Assembly: GCA_018830205.1 (NCBI GenBank)
Contig: JAHJSX010000120.1
Coordinates: 1 to 24,191, forward strand
Length of the DNA stretch: 24,191 nt
Origin: an archaeon
GTDB taxonomy: Archaea > Hydrothermarchaeota > Hydrothermarchaeia > Hydrothermarchaeales > Hydrothermarchaeaceae
Reading direction: 5' to 3'
A program made the translations under genes and the position numbers. Numbering within the stretch: the first letter of the stretch is position 1; each line of letters opens with the position of its first letter. This document shows positions 1 through 8,578 of the stretch, piece after piece. The notes beneath the pieces are model-generated. The model was given only the letters and a program-made list of their open reading frames with translations. It searched no databases and was not told the origin of the DNA.

Positions 1-32
1 GCGGGTCAGGCGCCTGTAAATCGGTGAGTTTT

Positions 33-464
33 ATGGACAGGAAAACTGCAAAGAAAATCAAGCTGGTTTCAGGCCTTGGAGTGATTGTACTTCTGGTTGC
101 AATAGGCTTCAGCGCGCTTGGTGATTTCGCAAGCCCATATAAGACCGTTTCTGATGTTGCGCTAAGCCCTGGAGATTATACGGGCAGGCAGGTCCAGGTG
201 GAGGGAGACGTCATAATTGAAAGCATTGCCTGGGAGCCGCCCGTTTTGACATTTACAATGACAGATGGAATAAATGAGCTGGATATAAGATACGAGGGCG
301 TCCTGCCGGGTTCATTTCCTGTCGGGGACGTTGGAAGCGAATCAGAAATCGATGTAGTTGCTATTGGGTCAATGACGCTTGCAGGCGAATTCGATGCGGG
401 TTCTATTCTTGTCAAATGCCCGTCAAAGTACGAGGCAAAGCTTAACGAAACGTCACTGGATTAG
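33..464 (+). CDS. ccmE: Cytochrome c maturation heme chaperone CcmE, CxxxY (System I*) type
   Basis: N-terminal TM anchor, SPYKTVSDV, GRQVQVEG, YEGVLPGSF and C-terminal VKCPSKY. ATG at 33 is preferred over GTG at 24 because GGTGA (23-27) is an SD at suitable spacing. Confidence 0.92.
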   Translation: MDRKTAKKIKLVSGLGVIVLLVAIGFSALGDFASPYKTVSDVALSPGDYTGRQVQVEGDVIIESIAWEPPVLTFTMTDGINELDIRYEGVLPGSFPVGDVGSESEIDVVAIGSMTLAGEFDAGSILVKCPSKYEAKLNETSLD

Positions 465-1532
465 CCTGTACTCTTTTTTTCCTATTCCAAGTTCAACTGC
501 CGTGTCAAACTGCACCCTCCAGTGGGTGTCAGGGTTTATCGCCGTGAGCTTGTCATCCCCCCCTTCAAACGCACTTCCATCGATGCCGGGGGCCTTATTT
601 ATCATGTCAATTGAGGCCATGTCAATTGCGACTGGGTCAAGTGATGCAATGACGCCGATGTCCGGAACAATGGGGATGTCCGAGTGGGGATGGCAGTCGC
701 AGTGCGGGAGTATGTCCACGAGAAGATTTATGTATCCTGTGTTTTCCCCGAGCACGTCTAAAACGGCCTTTGCGTTTTCTGCAATACGCCTTGCAAGCGT
801 TTCTTTGTCGTTAAAGCCGACCTTGACTGCCCTCCTGTCGCACACGTCAAGGCAGACGTTGCATGGCAGGCAAACAGTCTCGTTTATTACGGGGAGGGTT
901 ATGGCGCCCTCAACAGGGCATTCCTCCACGCACTTGCCGCAGTCGTCGCAGAGTTCGCTGTCTATTTTTAATGGGCCGTCAAAATGAATGCGGAACTTCC
1001 CTGGCTTTGATACGCAGCCCACGCCGATATTTTTTATCGCGCCGCCAAAACCTGCCTGGATGTGGCCAGTCACATGAGATAAGAATATTAGAGCGTCAAG
1101 CTCTGCGATGCCTCTTGCAACAGGTATTTCACCACTCGTGCCGTCAAGACCGTCGTCGCCGTCCGCAATAACTATTGGTGCGCCAATCGTCTCCGGTGCA
1201 AAACCGTTTTTGGCTGCTGCGCGCAGGTGCTTCTCGCGCGATGTCCGGCCCGGTTTCCAGCCAAGTCCTGCCGTTTCGACGATTACTGGTTTTCCGCCGA
1301 GGCCTTTAATGATGTCGACAAGCTTTGATACGTATGCAGGTCTGATATAATGCACGTCCCCCGGCTCCCCGAAATGCATTTTTATGCCAACCGAGCCACC
1401 CTTCTTGACGAGCCTGTCAAGGCCTGCTGAAAAAAACACACACTCCATCTTCGAAAGCAAGCTCTCCTTTGGCACCCACCACTTCCTGAAATCTTTTACT
1501 CGTGCGCTTGCAAAATGTACTTCCGACGCCAC
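453..1532 (-). CDS. DUF362 (COG2768-like) protein with inserted 2x[4Fe-4S] ferredoxin domain
   Basis: GIKMHFGEPG, HVTGH-x3-GFGGAIKNIGVG, CDDCGKCVEECP, CLPCNVCLDVCD, PHCDC, LDPVAIDMAS. GTG start with AGGAGG 8 nt upstream. Confidence 0.88.
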   Translation of the reverse strand: MASEVHFASARVKDFRKWWVPKESLLSKMECVFFSAGLDRLVKKGGSVGIKMHFGEPGDVHYIRPAYVSKLVDIIKGLGGKPVIVETAGLGWKPGRTSREKHLRAAAKNGFAPETIGAPIVIADGDDGLDGTSGEIPVARGIAELDALIFLSHVTGHIQAGFGGAIKNIGVGCVSKPGKFRIHFDGPLKIDSELCDDCGKCVEECPVEGAITLPVINETVCLPCNVCLDVCDRRAVKVGFNDKETLARRIAENAKAVLDVLGENTGYINLLVDILPHCDCHPHSDIPIVPDIGVIASLDPVAIDMASIDMINKAPGIDGSAFEGGDDKLTAINPDTHWRVQFDTAVELGIGKKEYRLIQ

Positions 1533-1540
1533 TAAAAATG

Positions 1541-1577
1541 CCTCCTACCCATAATACTCTGCTTTCAATTATAAAAA
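1541..1577 (-). promoter_or_regulatory. TATA box (TTTTTATAAT, 1577-1568) and SD (AGGAGG, 1546-1541) of the DUF362 gene
   Basis: Motifs read on the minus strand with archaeal spacing to the GTG at 1532. Confidence 0.55.
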
Positions 1578-1592
1578 GATGTTTTCATCTGC

Positions 1593-4001
1593 ATGTTAGC
1601 ATCAAATTTATATCATTGTATCACCATTATCGTTATTGAAAGGAGTTGGAGCAAAGGGCAGGAGTGTGTTCAAACGGGAAAAGATACGAATATTTCTGGG
1701 TTCATAAGGGAACACTGGCAGGGTATAGTGATAGGCAGCCTCGGCTGGATAGCTTTTGGAACCTATCTGTTGGACGAATACACCAAACACGGTACTCTTT
1801 CTGAGTTCTATGAACATCTAATATCGGAACTGCCCATCCATCACATATTAATGCTTTCGGCAGTACCGCTAATGATGGCTTTCGGCTATGTCCTTGATAA
1901 AAAATTAAAACTTGAGAGGGAATTAAAAGAATACACCGACCAGCTAGAGCAAAGTGCATGGTCAACGTCCGCAGAGTTAGTCGCTTCGGAGGAGAAGTTT
2001 TCCAAGGTCTTCTTCTCCAGCCATAGTTTAATAATTATTACTGATTTGAGTGATGGAAAGATTATAGATGTGAATAACAGCGTTGTAAAAATTTCAGGAT
2101 ATTCAAGGGAAGAACTTATTGGGAAGACTACAATGGGACTTGGGCTTTGGGCAAATCCCAACGAGAGGGATAAATACATAAAGGCAATTCAGAAGGACGG
2201 GAATGTTACCGATCTGGAAACTGATGTACGGGCAAAATCAGGCAAGCGGTACACATTGCTCCTCTCAGGGGAGATTGTCAATATCGGTGAAGTGCAGCAC
2301 TTGATTTCCATAGGAAACGACATCACAGAGCGCAAGGAGGCGGAGGTGGCGCTGCATGAGAGCGAGGAGAAATACTCGACCCTTATCGAGCGTGGGAACG
2401 ACGGGATTATAATCATCCAGGATGGGCTTTTAAAATTCGTGAATTCCAAGATGGTTGAAATGTCCGGCTACTTGGTTGAAGAGGTGCTTGAGAAGCCGTT
2501 TATCGAATTCATCTCCCCTGATTTAAGGGAGGAGGTAATGTTCATATATAAAAAGAGGATGGCCGGAGAGGATGTCCCAGATAGGTACGAGACAGAAATC
2601 CTGCGAAAAGACGGTGCAACTGTACCCATTGAAGTAAATGCCTCGTCGATTGAATACGGGGGCAAACCTGCGAGCATGGCGATGCTGCGTGACATCACAG
2701 AGCGAAAGAAGGCTGAAAATGAAATAAAGCGAAATTACCACATTCAAAATGTAATAAATAAAATTTTGCATGTTTCACTGGAGCAGGTCCCGCTCACTCA
2801 GCAGCTCGAACGTGTGCTTGATTTAATGCTCTCCATCCCATGGCTTGTTTTAGAAAAAAAAGGCTGCATATTCCTGGTTGAAGACGACCCAAAAGTCCTT
2901 GTGCTGAAGGCCCAGCGAGGGCTCCATGAAGCATTGCTGACCAAGTGTGAAAACGTGCCTTTCGGACACTGTATCTGTGGGAGGGCGGCGGCCACCAAGG
3001 AAATATTATTCGTTGACAGCGTCGACGAACGCCACGACAACACTTACGACGGAATAAAGCCGCACGGGCACTACTGCGTGCCCATCCTCTCAGGCGCGCA
3101 TGTTCTTGGTGTGCTTAATCTCTATGTAAAAGAAGGGCACGAATGGAACACGTACGAAGCGGAATTTCTAAGTGCGGTGGCAGACGCCATTGCTGGAATC
3201 ATCGAGCGCAGGCATTCAATGGAAGAACTTGAGGAGGCCCATGAAAAACTCGAAGAAAGCCACTCAAAAATGGAGGAAACCCATGAAGCATTGCAAAATG
3301 CCTACGAAGATTTGAAAGACGTTGACAGGTTGAAAGATGACATCATCTCTAATGTCAGCCACGAACTGCGCACCCCGATAACCATCATAAAGGGGGCCCT
3401 TGAGATGTCAAGGGACGAGGAAGACATAGAGATGAGGGACAAGCTTTACAGGGTTGCAATAAGTGCGCTCGCGAAGCAAAACAGGATAGTGGGAAACCTT
3501 GTGGAGATGGCAGCGTTCAGGAAAAAGAAGTTTGCGTTTAACTTTGAAGAAGTAAAACTGGGCCACCTGGTCTCGCTTGTCATGGGAGAGGTTAAGCGTG
3601 AGGCAGAGTTAAAGGAAATAAAAATAGAGTCTGACGTCCCAGACATTGCTGTTATGGTGGACTTCGAGGGATTGAAGCTTGTTCTTTTAAACCTCCTGGA
3701 CAACGCTGTAAAATTCAGTGACCCGGGCGGACACATAGCGGTCAAAGCAGAGGTTAAAGGCGATAAGGCCCACGTCTGTATTGAAGATGAAGGCATTGGA
3801 GTGCCAGAGGAATTCCGCGATAAGATATTTGACAAACTCTTTCAGCTGGATGCCACGACGACGCGAAGGTTCGCAGGTACGGGCATGGGGCTTGCAGTTG
3901 CCAAGGAGATTATCGAGGCCCACGGCGGGAATATCTGGGTTGAGGGCAGGAAAAAAGGGAGTCTGTTCTGCTTCACTGTCCCCCTGAGTAAAGGTGAGTG
4001 A
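1593..4001 (+). CDS. Membrane sensor histidine kinase: 2TM-PAS-PAS-GAF-HisKA-HATPase
   Basis: Two PAS domains each ending in DITERK, a GAF domain, H-box SHELRTP, N-box NLLDNAVKF, DEGIG, G-box GTGMGLA. Start uncertain (ATG 1593 or in-frame GTG 1728). Confidence 0.93.
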   Translation: MLASNLYHCITIIVIERSWSKGQECVQTGKDTNISGFIREHWQGIVIGSLGWIAFGTYLLDEYTKHGTLSEFYEHLISELPIHHILMLSAVPLMMAFGYVLDKKLKLERELKEYTDQLEQSAWSTSAELVASEEKFSKVFFSSHSLIIITDLSDGKIIDVNNSVVKISGYSREELIGKTTMGLGLWANPNERDKYIKAIQKDGNVTDLETDVRAKSGKRYTLLLSGEIVNIGEVQHLISIGNDITERKEAEVALHESEEKYSTLIERGNDGIIIIQDGLLKFVNSKMVEMSGYLVEEVLEKPFIEFISPDLREEVMFIYKKRMAGEDVPDRYETEILRKDGATVPIEVNASSIEYGGKPASMAMLRDITERKKAENEIKRNYHIQNVINKILHVSLEQVPLTQQLERVLDLMLSIPWLVLEKKGCIFLVEDDPKVLVLKAQRGLHEALLTKCENVPFGHCICGRAAATKEILFVDSVDERHDNTYDGIKPHGHYCVPILSGAHVLGVLNLYVKEGHEWNTYEAEFLSAVADAIAGIIERRHSMEELEEAHEKLEESHSKMEETHEALQNAYEDLKDVDRLKDDIISNVSHELRTPITIIKGALEMSRDEEDIEMRDKLYRVAISALAKQNRIVGNLVEMAAFRKKKFAFNFEEVKLGHLVSLVMGEVKREAELKEIKIESDVPDIAVMVDFEGLKLVLLNLLDNAVKFSDPGGHIAVKAEVKGDKAHVCIEDEGIGVPEEFRDKIFDKLFQLDATTTRRFAGTGMGLAVAKEIIEAHGGNIWVEGRKKGSLFCFTVPLSKGE

Positions 4002-4005
4002 AAAG

Positions 4006-4380
4006 ATGACGAAAATACTGCTTGTTGATGACGAGCCTGACATCGTAATGCTTTGCAAGAACATGCTTGAAAAGGCCGGTTATGAGGTCGTTGTTGCACG
4101 AAATGGCCAGGAGTGCCTGGAAAGGCTTATAGAAGAACATTTTGACCTGATACTGCTTGATGTGATGATGCCAGGAGACAACGGATGGGTTGTGTGCAGG
4201 AAGATTAAGTCAAATAAGGTGACACGTGACATACCAGTTGTAATGTTCACGGTGTGCAGCGAACCATGGTTGAAAGAGAAAGGCAAGGAAGCCGGGGCCG
4301 ACGCACAGATTGACAAGCCCTTTGAGCTTGAAGATTTGTTGGGGACTATTGAAAGGGTATTGGCGGAGGATAAGGACTAA
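4006..4380 (+). CDS. Single-domain response regulator (receiver only)
   Basis: ILLVDDE, LDVMMP (phospho-Asp), MFT, KPF. ATG 4006 follows GGTGA SD at 3993-3997, adjacent to the kinase stop. Confidence 0.93.
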   Translation: MTKILLVDDEPDIVMLCKNMLEKAGYEVVVARNGQECLERLIEEHFDLILLDVMMPGDNGWVVCRKIKSNKVTRDIPVVMFTVCSEPWLKEKGKEAGADAQIDKPFELEDLLGTIERVLAEDKD

Positions 4381-4392
4381 TGTAATTAGGAC

Positions 4393-5712
4393 TTATTTTT
4401 CAACAAAGTACACATTGTTTTTATCATACCCTAGCTCTAAAAACCTTCCAGAGCTCAGGATTTTGTGGCTTTCGTATATTGGGGCCACCCTCTTTTTAGG
4501 TCCGATTATCGAGCCCTCTTCAATCGTGACGCCCTCGCCTATTACAGGGGTGAGGTCCTGAGAGCCTTCAAGCATGTCTACATCCAAATCCCTGTCAACA
4601 ACACTATTATCATGTATCGTGGAATATCTCCCAATTATGCAGTTGTTTAGCCTTGTGTTTCTGCCAATATTTGTAAAATCCATTACTGCAGACCCTTTTA
4701 TTGTTGCACCGTCCCCTATTGTGCAGTAATCGCCAATGCATGAGGAGTCTATCTCGGCGCCATCCCCTATTATGCAGTACTCGCCAATTCTTACGTGGTT
4801 TCCAATCTTTGGAGAGGCCTTCATTCTTTCTATGTTGCGGCGTGTGGACTTGTGAATCAATGTACTGGGCGCGTCTTTTTGAATTATGCCAAACAATGCT
4901 TCCTTAATAGTCGTCTGCCTTCCGGGAAAACTCATTCTGCCAAGCCTCCCGTGCAATATGTCCTGTGTTGTTCTTAAAAGCGTTTCTGGAGTGCCTACAT
5001 CCTCCCAGTAGCCTTCACAGACGAGTCCATAAACTGGATGGTTGTTTTCAACCAGGTGCGGCAGAACATTGGTGCCTGTGTCCATCGGCCCGCCCACCAT
5101 GTCATCCAAAAATCCCTTAATTTTTGGAGAAAATACATAAATTCCTGTGTTTACGAGCCTTGAAGGTTCCTCGCCCTCCGCAGGTTTTTCTACAAACCTT
5201 TTAATCTTGCCGTCATCTGCAAGTTCTACCACACCGAACCCCGAAATATCCTTGTCCTCTTCAAGCTCTTTTAATCCAATCGTAACAAGCGCGTTTTTCG
5301 ACCGATGAAAGTTGACTAGTTTTCGGAGGTCCATTTCCAGTATGTGGTCGCCTCCAACAACAAGAACCTCTTTTTTTATGTCATAAAAATCCATGCAAAA
5401 TCTTACTGCATCTGCATTGCCCCTGTCCTCATATTTTGGTTTATATTTGAATCTCGCGTCAGAAAGTGTCCCAGATGTTTTTGAAAATAAGTGCCCCTCT
5501 TTAAAGAACTCCTTTATGAAAAGTGTGCCCCTTATCCCTTTTCCTGCAAGTATGAAATCATTGAACCCCTGGTTGGCCATCGCCTCAAATGTCCGGGAGA
5601 GTATCGCCGTCCCGCAAAGGCAGACCAGGGGTTTTGGATGCTGGAGAGTAAGAGGGTATAATCTTGTGCCTTCTCCACCTACCACCGCTATTACAACCGG
5701 AAGTTCCCGCAT
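4393..5712 (-). CDS. NDP-sugar pyrophosphorylase (GlgC/Mpg1-like sugar-phosphate nucleotidyltransferase) with C-terminal hexapeptide beta-helix
   Basis: GGEGTRLYPLT-x3-PKPL, GNADAV, GGDHI, FVEKP, NTGIYVF, YWEDVGT and IGxxxx repeats. Substrate cannot be assigned. Confidence 0.85.
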   Translation of the reverse strand: MRELPVVIAVVGGEGTRLYPLTLQHPKPLVCLCGTAILSRTFEAMANQGFNDFILAGKGIRGTLFIKEFFKEGHLFSKTSGTLSDARFKYKPKYEDRGNADAVRFCMDFYDIKKEVLVVGGDHILEMDLRKLVNFHRSKNALVTIGLKELEEDKDISGFGVVELADDGKIKRFVEKPAEGEEPSRLVNTGIYVFSPKIKGFLDDMVGGPMDTGTNVLPHLVENNHPVYGLVCEGYWEDVGTPETLLRTTQDILHGRLGRMSFPGRQTTIKEALFGIIQKDAPSTLIHKSTRRNIERMKASPKIGNHVRIGEYCIIGDGAEIDSSCIGDYCTIGDGATIKGSAVMDFTNIGRNTRLNNCIIGRYSTIHDNSVVDRDLDVDMLEGSQDLTPVIGEGVTIEEGSIIGPKKRVAPIYESHKILSSGRFLELGYDKNNVYFVEK

Positions 5713-5747
5713 GGCCCACCAACCAGCATAACCTTTGGAGTCGGTTC

Positions 5748-5777
5748 TATATATACTTTAGGAGATATATACAGGAG
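5748..5777. promoter_or_regulatory. Divergent promoter core with two TATA-like elements (ATATATAC at 5749-5756 and 5765-5772)
   Basis: Lies between divergent genes at plausible distances from both starts. Confidence 0.45.
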
Positions 5778-5816
5778 AGTAAAATTTTATGTCGGTAAAG
5801 TGTAGTGTTTGATGTC

Positions 5817-6953
5817 ATGAACGGAGTTAAAACGAGCACTGTCGTCCTTTTAAGCGTAATAGCAGCGATAACGAGCAGTTTAGTGACCGGTGCTATGATG
5901 CTAAGTGCGTTCGAGCATGAACCCGCATATGTGGCATCGCCAACTTCTGAGATTGTAATAATAAATGAAACCAGCAGCCAGGAGGGGATTGTCAGCGCCG
6001 TATTTGACCGGGTGCAGAACTCGGTAGTCCATATAACCTCAAGGACCAGCGAACGGGATTTCTTCATGCGCCTTGTGCCTGTAGAAGGGACTGGGACAGG
6101 AGTCATAATCTCCTCGGACGGGTACATACTGACAAACAACCATGTCGTTGGCGGCTCTGAATCCCTTATTGTAGCACTTGCAACCGGTGAGGAGGTAAGC
6201 GCAGAAATTGTCGGGGTGGACCCAAACACAGACCTTGCAATAATAAAGATAGACCCCCCGAGAACGCTTACGGTTGCGAAACTCGGGGATTCTGATAAAA
6301 TCAGGCCAGGGCAGATGGCAATAGCAATAGGAAACCCATACAGGCTCGACAACACAGTGACTGTCGGGGTTATAAGCGCCGTGAACAGAACCCTCACAGT
6401 AGACGGCAGCTACAGGATTAGAGGGGTTATCCAGACCGATGCAGCAATAAACCCCGGAAACAGCGGCGGTCCGCTCCTAAACTCAAAAGGAGAGGTCATC
6501 GGCATCAACTCTGCGATAATAACAACCACAGAGGGGTTTCAGGGGATTGGGTTTTCAATTCCCATCAATATTGCAAAGGACGTATCAAGCGAGCTTATAG
6601 AGCGTGGGCGGGTCGTGAGGCCGTGGCTTGGCATAACAGGGACGGATTTGACAGCTGATATGGCAGAATCATTGAATCTCTCTATAACAAAAGGAGTTAT
6701 ACTTGTTACAATAGAAGAGAATGGTCCTGCAGATAAAGCAGGGCTTGTGGGGTCCATATCACACCTATGGGGAGAGGATTTTGTAATCGGGGATGTAATA
6801 CTTGAGATTGGAGGGGAAGCGACCGACACTATAGATGACCTGATTGAGATAAAGCTGAAATACAGGGTCGGCGAGACCGTGGAAGTCAGGTATTACAGGG
6901 AAGGCGAGATAAAAACCACAGAAGTCACTTTAGGGGAAACTCCAGAGTCCTGA
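5817..6953 (+). CDS. htrA: HtrA/DegP-family membrane-anchored serine protease with one PDZ domain
   Basis: GTGTGVII, catalytic triad TNNHVV / DLAI / GNSGGP, QTDAAINPG, PDZ (RPWLGI...GPADKAGL), N-terminal TM. GTG at 5805 is an alternative start. Confidence 0.93.
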   Translation: MNGVKTSTVVLLSVIAAITSSLVTGAMMLSAFEHEPAYVASPTSEIVIINETSSQEGIVSAVFDRVQNSVVHITSRTSERDFFMRLVPVEGTGTGVIISSDGYILTNNHVVGGSESLIVALATGEEVSAEIVGVDPNTDLAIIKIDPPRTLTVAKLGDSDKIRPGQMAIAIGNPYRLDNTVTVGVISAVNRTLTVDGSYRIRGVIQTDAAINPGNSGGPLLNSKGEVIGINSAIITTTEGFQGIGFSIPINIAKDVSSELIERGRVVRPWLGITGTDLTADMAESLNLSITKGVILVTIEENGPADKAGLVGSISHLWGEDFVIGDVILEIGGEATDTIDDLIEIKLKYRVGETVEVRYYREGEIKTTEVTLGETPES

Positions 6954-7557
6954 CCAGAAAGTCGTGGGTTTTGGTGCCCTTGCCATGGAGAAGGAATTCG
7001 CGGACGTCGTCCGGGATGTCTATATCAAGGGATAGGGAATATGAATCGTATATGTGCATTGGTACTTTGCTTTTCGCAGCCTCCTTTTCGAAATCGGCGA
7101 AACTCGTGCTCGTAAATTTATTGTCAAGTACCTGCGGCGGGCGGCGGTAAAGGATGCCTGTACCGCCCCGGCTTGAGGGCGATATTATCAGCGGGTGATT
7201 GTTTCCAAGGTCGATTATCTCTTTTACGTGCGTGCTTGTCAAAAGAGGCGTGTCGGCAGGTATGAAAAGCGTTGCCCCGGCACCCTTTTCGATTGCGTAT
7301 TTGGTTGCTTTGCCTACGGCCGCGTTGAGGCCCGCTTTTTTTTCTTCGTGGACGAAGTGGAACTCAAAGTCCATGGTGCCAACCAGCTCTGAGGGACTTA
7401 CAACGATTGTTTCAACCCCTTGGAGCGCACCCAAAACGTCCTGGAGCATGTTCAGCACCAGCTCCTCCCGGTCTTCAACAGATAGGATTCCTGAAAGCCG
7501 GGTCTTGGCCTCACTCAGCTTGTTCACAGGGATTATTGCATAAACTTCGCCGCTCAT
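6925..7557 (-). CDS. cofC: 2-phospho-L-lactate guanylyltransferase (F420 biosynthesis)
   Basis: AIIPVN-x4-AKTRLS, NMLQDVL, GLNAAV, PADTPLL, GGT, LDIDIPDD. Start moved to ATG 7557 (MSGEVYAIIP) because the upstream extension in the ORF track is not family-like. Confidence 0.88.
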   Translation of the reverse strand: MSGEVYAIIPVNKLSEAKTRLSGILSVEDREELVLNMLQDVLGALQGVETIVVSPSELVGTMDFEFHFVHEEKKAGLNAAVGKATKYAIEKGAGATLFIPADTPLLTSTHVKEIIDLGNNHPLIISPSSRGGTGILYRRPPQVLDNKFTSTSFADFEKEAAKSKVPMHIYDSYSLSLDIDIPDDVREFLLHGKGTKTHDFLVRTLEFPLK

Positions 7558-7683
7558 CAGGGGTAGTTTAAAGGCCCTGTTAATAAAATTAGCGCAAGCC
7601 TTATATGGGCAAGAGGTAGGATTTTTTGTGGAGGAATCTATATCATATTCAAAGGGAATGGAATAGAGCTTGAGATTGGGGGC

Positions 7684-8568
7684 GTGAGGATAAACTTGGA
7701 CCCGAAAAAGAAGGCTGAACTTTCTTTCATATCCCATGCCCATTCTGACCATGTTCCGTCTTCTATTGAAGGGAAAGTCCTGCTTTCAGGGCACACGCAA
7801 ACATTGATTTCAAAGCCAGGGACGCAGGCGCATGAATTCGGGGAGAGTATCCACGTTGGGCCGCTTGAACTCAGCATCCTTGAGTCGGGCCATATACTCG
7901 GGTCCGGGCAGCTTCTGGTCGAAAACGGCATGCGTGTCGTTTATACCGGTGATTTAAACCTGAAGGGCGGCGCCACTTCACCCAAAGCGGCCGTGCCGAA
8001 GTGCGACGTCCTGATAATCGAGACGACCTACGGGCACCCTCGTTATAATTTTCCAAAAAGAGAGGAAGTTGTGGGAGCGATAAAAGATTGGGTTGACGAC
8101 TGCCACGCCAAAGACCAGACGCCGGTGATGCTTGGATATTCGCTTGGCAAGGCCCAGGAGCTTACAAAATACCTGAGCTGCGATTTTGAAGTTGGCGTGC
8201 ATGAATCAATCTATCATTATAATCAAAAATACAAAGAGTTGGGCGTGGATTTGGGGGAGTACTCGCTTCTTGACGGGAAGCGCCCGGAAGTTGCAATAAT
8301 CCCGCCCAGCGCAAGGAAATCCTTCAACAATGAGGACTATCGATTTGCATTTACAAGCGGGTGGGCCCTGACTAGCGGAGGGGCGCGTAGATACAGCGCA
8401 AACACAGGCTTCCCTCTGACAGACCACTGTGGATTTGACGAACTAATCGAGTACGTGGAGCGCGCAGACCCCCAGATGGTTTACACAACGCATGGTTTCG
8501 CAGAGGATTTCTCAGAAGAGCTCCACGAGAGGGGATTTTATTCGGAACCTATAAGTTCGATGAAATAA
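7684..8568 (+). CDS. Metallo-beta-lactamase beta-CASP family nuclease (COG1236-like)
   Basis: SHAHSDH, GHILGS, YTGDL, ETTYG, YSLGKAQE, TDHCGFDEL, THGF. The true start is probably upstream, near 7628-7645 (see findings). Confidence 0.85.
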   Translation: MRINLDPKKKAELSFISHAHSDHVPSSIEGKVLLSGHTQTLISKPGTQAHEFGESIHVGPLELSILESGHILGSGQLLVENGMRVVYTGDLNLKGGATSPKAAVPKCDVLIIETTYGHPRYNFPKREEVVGAIKDWVDDCHAKDQTPVMLGYSLGKAQELTKYLSCDFEVGVHESIYHYNQKYKELGVDLGEYSLLDGKRPEVAIIPPSARKSFNNEDYRFAFTSGWALTSGGARRYSANTGFPLTDHCGFDELIEYVERADPQMVYTTHGFAEDFSEELHERGFYSEPISSMK

Positions 8569-8578
8569 TTCTTTTTGT

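Noticed and set aside
7-16. 10-bp palindrome CAGGCGCCTG
   Set aside because: Short enough to be expected by chance, and probably inside an upstream coding frame.
379-987. 202-aa plus-strand ORF
   Set aside because: Antisense shadow of the DUF362 gene with no recognisable motifs.
1641-1707. Out-of-frame GTG (1666) near AGGAG elements, with G-GAA-AAG that could slip -1 into the kinase frame
   Set aside because: Not a canonical slippery heptamer, SD spacing is poor, and in-frame starts exist at 1593 and 1728.
5747-6397. 216-aa minus-strand ORF
   Set aside because: Antisense shadow of htrA.
7558-7752. 65-aa N-terminal extension of cofC in the ORF track
   Set aside because: Not CofC-like, and it crosses the divergent promoter and the neighbouring gene.
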